DNA of 51,188 nucleotides from Bacteroidales bacterium (GTDB lineage Bacteria; Bacteroidota; Bacteroidia; Bacteroidales; UBA3824): NCBI GenBank assembly GCA_017964465.1, contig JAGCRY010000182.1, positions 1 to 51,188 of the forward strand, read 5' to 3'. Shown piece by piece: positions 47,343 to 51,188 of this stretch (position 1 is its first letter; each line of letters starts with the position of its first letter). The notes under the pieces were generated by a model. It saw only the letters and a program-made list of their open reading frames with translations, ran no database searches and was not told where the DNA came from. The position numbers and the translations under genes were made by a program.

Positions 47343-49148
47343 ATGGATTCTAAGAAGAAACGGAAATACAGACTTTTCAGGACGTTGTGTAGGTTCAACG
47401 AGTGGCGCATCCAGCATATCAGCACGTCGCAGTATATGATAATACTGAGCATTTTGGCGGGCTTGATAGCGTCGGTGGTGGCGTGGGTGTTGCGTACCCT
47501 CACACATTCTATAAGCGACGCGCTCAAAGATTTGAACGATTTTGCGCAGTTGGACGGGCTGTCGTTTGTGTATCCTATCGTGGGCATATTGCTTACGATG
47601 GTATTTGTCAATTATATCCTCAGGCACAATGTGAGCGGCGGCATACCGCGTGTGTTGTATTCGATATCCAAGGAAGGCGCGGTAATCAAGAGCCACAATA
47701 TGTATTCGTCGGTGATTTCGAGTGCTTTGACGGTTGGTTTTGGCGGCTCGGCGGGATTGGAGGGCCCTACCGTGGTTACCGGCGCAGCAATCGGCAGCAA
47801 TATCGGTCGCCTTCTGCACCTCAATTATAAGCAAAAACTTCTTATCCTCGGATGCGCCACGGCTGCGGCGTTGTCGGCGATGTTTAAAGCGCCGATTACC
47901 GGCATCGTGTTCGTATTGGAGGTCTTTATGCTGGATTTGACGATGGCGAGCCTCGCTCCGCTTTTGGTGTCGTCGGTAACGGGCGTATTGGTGTCGTATC
48001 TTTTGATGGGCTCCAATCCGCTGTTTTTTTTCCGTGCGAGCAACACTTTGGAGGCGGGCGACGTGCCGGTCTATCTGATGCTCGGCGTGGTGTGCGCCGT
48101 GTCGTCCATTTATTTTACCAAGAGTTACATCTGGGCTTCCAACAAGTTTAAGAAAATAAAAGGCCTCTGGGGGCGGTTTGCCATCGGGTGCGTGTGTCTC
48201 GCGGTGCTTATTTATATATTCCCGTCGCTGTATGGCGAGGGCGTCGGCACTATCAAAAATTGCATCAACAGCGAGGGCGACTTCCTGTTTACCAATGAGA
48301 TTTTTTTAGGTGCAAGGGGCAACGATTTGCTTAGCGCGTTGCTTATTTGCGTAGTATTGTTGGTAAAGCCAATCGCAACGTCGCTCACCTTTGCGGCGGG
48401 CGGCGTGGGCGGCATATTTATGCCGTCGCTATTTGTGGGTGCGTGTACGGGGTTGATGACGGCGTTGGTGCTGGCTCAATGCGGTGTGCAGGGCATCGAC
48501 GCCGCCAATATGGCTCTTGTTGGTATGGCTGGCACTATCGGCGGCGTATTGCACGCACCGCTCACGGCTGTATTCCTGATAGCCGAGATTACCGGCGGTT
48601 ACAAGTTGTTTGTGCCGTTGCTGTTGGTATCGGTGGTGTCGTATGTGGTAACGAGAAGATTCATCAACAACAGCATCTACACCTATCAACTTGCTCAGCG
48701 CAACGAACTTATGACACACCACGCCGACAAGAAGGTTATCAATTTTATGAAACTCGACAAACTCATCGAGCGCAATTTTGCCGTCGTGTATCCCGGCGAT
48801 TCGCTCCGCGTGTTGGTGAAGGCGGTCGAGGAGACTTCGAGAAATATTTTTGCCGTTGTTGATAGGGACGACAATACTTTCCACGGCATCATCAAGTTGG
48901 ACAATATCCGCAGCATTATGTTCAAGCCCGAATATTATGACAAGGTTTTTGTGCGCGACCTTGTTTTCCGCCCCGATTACACAGTCCGCATAGACGAGAG
49001 TATGGAATCGGTCGTTACTAAATTCAGCCATTCCGACAAGTACAATATCGCCGTCCTCGACCAAAACAACAAGTACCTCGGCTTCGTGTCAAGGGCAAGG
49101 ATTTTCTCGATATACAGAAGGATGAGTAGGCAATTGTCGGAGGAGTAA
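47343..49148 (+). CDS. CLC family chloride channel/antiporter with tandem CBS domains
   Basis: SGGIP, GGSAGLEGP, FKAPITG, GGVGGIFMP, APLT, SIY; C-terminal CBS pair. Confidence 0.95.
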   Translation: MDSKKKRKYRLFRTLCRFNEWRIQHISTSQYMIILSILAGLIASVVAWVLRTLTHSISDALKDLNDFAQLDGLSFVYPIVGILLTMVFVNYILRHNVSGGIPRVLYSISKEGAVIKSHNMYSSVISSALTVGFGGSAGLEGPTVVTGAAIGSNIGRLLHLNYKQKLLILGCATAAALSAMFKAPITGIVFVLEVFMLDLTMASLAPLLVSSVTGVLVSYLLMGSNPLFFFRASNTLEAGDVPVYLMLGVVCAVSSIYFTKSYIWASNKFKKIKGLWGRFAIGCVCLAVLIYIFPSLYGEGVGTIKNCINSEGDFLFTNEIFLGARGNDLLSALLICVVLLVKPIATSLTFAAGGVGGIFMPSLFVGACTGLMTALVLAQCGVQGIDAANMALVGMAGTIGGVLHAPLTAVFLIAEITGGYKLFVPLLLVSVVSYVVTRRFINNSIYTYQLAQRNELMTHHADKKVINFMKLDKLIERNFAVVYPGDSLRVLVKAVEETSRNIFAVVDRDDNTFHGIIKLDNIRSIMFKPEYYDKVFVRDLVFRPDYTVRIDESMESVVTKFSHSDKYNIAVLDQNNKYLGFVSRARIFSIYRRMSRQLSEE

Positions 49149-49150
49149 AT

Positions 49151-49723
49151 TTATTTCCGATACTTTGCAATCTCATCCGCATTCGGCTCCCAGCTTAACA
49201 CTTCATTGATGCAGGGATATTGTTTTGAAACTTTAAGGATGACCGTGTCTCCAACGTTCACAGTTTGATATATATTTTTGTCAACAACATGACGTGAAGT
49301 GGTAGAGTCGTTGATGCCAGCCCAAATACGATATGTAGTCGTCCTATTATGGGAATATTTGTCTTTGTGAGTTATATGTCCGTTTGCAATATATGAATCT
49401 TTTAGTGCTTCGGTTACGGATGCGTATAATGTGTCATGTACATGAAAATGCATTGTTAAGGCTATTGCCGAAGACAACGCGAAACATGTCATGCCGCAAA
49501 TAAAATCATGTTCCTTCAACCATTTCCTTGGACAAATAAAAAAGTAGGACACTAATAATATTGCTATTATTAATAAAATTGCAATCAGGCTTGATCCATA
49601 ATCTTCTATTCCTTCATTTTTGAATTTATAGTCATAGTGTTGGATTTCTAAGTGTCCAATTAGTTGTGTGATGCCGATGATTATCAGCAAAATAACGATT
49701 GATTTGATGATGTGTTTTGCCAT
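49151..49723 (-). CDS. 3-TM membrane protein with C-terminal OB-like domain, paralog 3
   Basis: GHITHK, YRIWAG, YQTVNVGDTVILKVSKQYP shared across the triplet. Confidence 0.8.
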   Translation of the reverse strand: MAKHIIKSIVILLIIIGITQLIGHLEIQHYDYKFKNEGIEDYGSSLIAILLIIAILLVSYFFICPRKWLKEHDFICGMTCFALSSAIALTMHFHVHDTLYASVTEALKDSYIANGHITHKDKYSHNRTTTYRIWAGINDSTTSRHVVDKNIYQTVNVGDTVILKVSKQYPCINEVLSWEPNADEIAKYRK

Positions 49724-49735
49724 GATGTATGTTTT

Positions 49736-50350
49736 TTAATAACTCCCATCCCGATACTTTGCAATTTCATCCGCATTCGGCTCCCAGTTGTTGACTTTGT
49801 TGATGCGGGGATATTCTTTGGAGACTTGCAGGATTACTGTGTCGCCGGGATTGATGCGGTTGTAAAGATCTTCGGACACTTCGTGGCGTCTTGACAAAGA
49901 GTCGTTCTTGCCTGCCCAAAGATAATATGAGCGTTCACCGTGTTTGCCTTGTGTCAAATCTTTTTGGGTGATTATGCCTACTGTGTCGTTAGAATCGGAA
50001 AGGGCTTGTTCCTCAAATGAATTTACCCGATAGTTTACAAACCATACTTTGAATACAATAATTATCGCAGCCACAATTAATGATAATACAGCATCCAATC
50101 TATCTCTTTTGTCTGGGTATTGTGGCTGTTCTAAGGCTGTGAAGTTTATAACGAAAAGTACAAGAAATTGTACTACACAGTAGAAAAAATGCCATGCAAT
50201 TGTTCGCTCTCCGTCGTTGATGTCAAAGTATTTCATCAACATTATTTCAAATGGTGTGGACACAATCATTATAATCATTGTAATCAGGATTGTTTTTTGT
50301 TTCCTGATAGTGTCGTGTCCGTCGCTGTCGTGTGAGAAATCGTATTCCAT
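49736..50350 (-). CDS. 3-TM membrane protein with C-terminal OB-like domain, paralog 2
   Basis: GIITQK, YYLWAG, YNRINPGDTVILQVSKEYP, WEPNADEIAKYR. Confidence 0.8.
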   Translation of the reverse strand: MEYDFSHDSDGHDTIRKQKTILITMIIMIVSTPFEIMLMKYFDINDGERTIAWHFFYCVVQFLVLFVINFTALEQPQYPDKRDRLDAVLSLIVAAIIIVFKVWFVNYRVNSFEEQALSDSNDTVGIITQKDLTQGKHGERSYYLWAGKNDSLSRRHEVSEDLYNRINPGDTVILQVSKEYPRINKVNNWEPNADEIAKYRDGSY

Positions 50351-50381
50351 AGCGTTTAGTTTTTTTTCATAATATGGTTGG

Positions 50382-50960
50382 TTATTTGTCCTTATTTTGA
50401 TATTTGTCTATATCATCTGGTTTCGGATCCCAGATTATTATTTCATTGATGCTGGGGTATTCTTTTGAAACTTTCATAATGACGGGTGCGCCAACGTAGG
50501 ACATATCATATCTGTCTTTGTCAACGGTGTAGCGCGATGTAGTGGTGTTGTTGATTCCAGCCCAAATGTGATAATAGGTAGTGTTACGACTTGACCTTGT
50601 GCTTTTTCTGGTAATATGGCCTATTGTTGTATAACTGTCTTTGAGTGCTTCTGCTACCGTTTCCTCTAATTTGTCGCCTACGTGAAACATCATTGTGAAA
50701 CTGAGTGTTATTGAAAAAATAAAGCAAGAAAAACCTGTTAAACAACCATCTTTTTCTTCCCATTCTTTTGGAAGATTTTTTTCGATGCCATAGAAAGATC
50801 CTACCAATATAATGAGGAAAGCAAGCCCCGATCCATAGTCGCCTATTCCTTCTTGTTTGAATTTATTGACATAGTATCGGATTTCTAAGTATCCAATCAG
50901 TTGTGCGATGCCGATGATTATCAGCGCGACTATGATTATTTTTATGATTTGTTTTTTCAT
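50382..50960 (-). CDS. 3-TM membrane protein with C-terminal OB-like domain, paralog 1
   Basis: GHITRK, YHIWAG, VGAPVIMKVSKEYP; N-terminus similar to 49151-49723. Confidence 0.8.
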   Translation of the reverse strand: MKKQIIKIIIVALIIIGIAQLIGYLEIRYYVNKFKQEGIGDYGSGLAFLIILVGSFYGIEKNLPKEWEEKDGCLTGFSCFIFSITLSFTMMFHVGDKLEETVAEALKDSYTTIGHITRKSTRSSRNTTYYHIWAGINNTTTSRYTVDKDRYDMSYVGAPVIMKVSKEYPSINEIIIWDPKPDDIDKYQNKDK

Positions 50961-50974
50961 AATATGGTTGTTTT

Positions 50975-51016
50975 AAAAAAAAGGATTGCGGTGGATATGT
51001 CCGCAATCCTTTTTTT
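50975..51016 (-). terminator. Intrinsic terminator
   Basis: aaaaaaaaggattgcgg...ccgcaatccttttttt. Confidence 0.88.
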
Positions 51017-51047
51017 GTTTTTGGCAGGCGAGCCGCCTACATTCTTT

Positions 51048-51188
51048 CTACCTCACCGACATGATGCTATCGACGATGTATTTTTGCATTCCGCGCCAGG
51101 GGAGTGAGTTTTTGTACTCGATGTAGTGGAGTTCCACTTCGCGGCCGGTACAGCGCATGAGAGAATCACCGATGCGCTTGTCTTCGAT
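51048..51188 (-). CDS. 3' end of a conserved Bacteroidota hypothetical protein (truncated by window edge)
   Basis: Minus strand IEDKRIGDSLMRCTGREVELHYIEYKNSLPWRGMQKYIVDSIMSVR*, followed by a terminator. Confidence 0.75.
   Translation of the reverse strand: MEDKRIGDSLMRCTGREVELHYIEYKNSLPWRGMQKYIVDSIMSVR

Overview
Chromosomal window from a Bacteroidota genome, most likely Bacteroidales (inferred from TAnnTTTG -7 promoter elements, Bacteroidales-type NusB/DUF1573/YajC, TamL and a TonB-dependent receptor). Housekeeping genes: proA (3' end), pyrC, mutS, trmH-family, tamL, rsmA, leuB, hemH, lpxB, yajC, nusB, a CLC channel and glyA, which carries an in-frame TAA. Accessory loci sit between them. 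(1) At 0.4-7 kb is a tandem array of C10 (streptopain-like) lipoprotein peptidase + partner lipoprotein cassettes. Each cassette has the same pair of 18-bp palindromic boxes next to its promoter, and a PAS/LuxR regulator is transcribed divergently. The third cassette has lost its peptidase except for 8 codons, leaving an orphan partner gene. (2) A VDLGLPSG-type protein has a 3' end that looks like a DGR variable region, with no RT or template repeat in the window. (3) Three coupled methyl-accepting chemoreceptors share an unexplained C-terminal helix. They are followed by a secreted acidic 18-aa ExWM-repeat protein whose long leader contains a hairpin and a boxA-like motif. (4) Small unknown paralog clusters and REP-like repeats occur, one of them in frame inside mutS. 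No rRNA, tRNA, CRISPR array, integrase or transposase was recognised. Family assignments come from motif recognition, not database searches.
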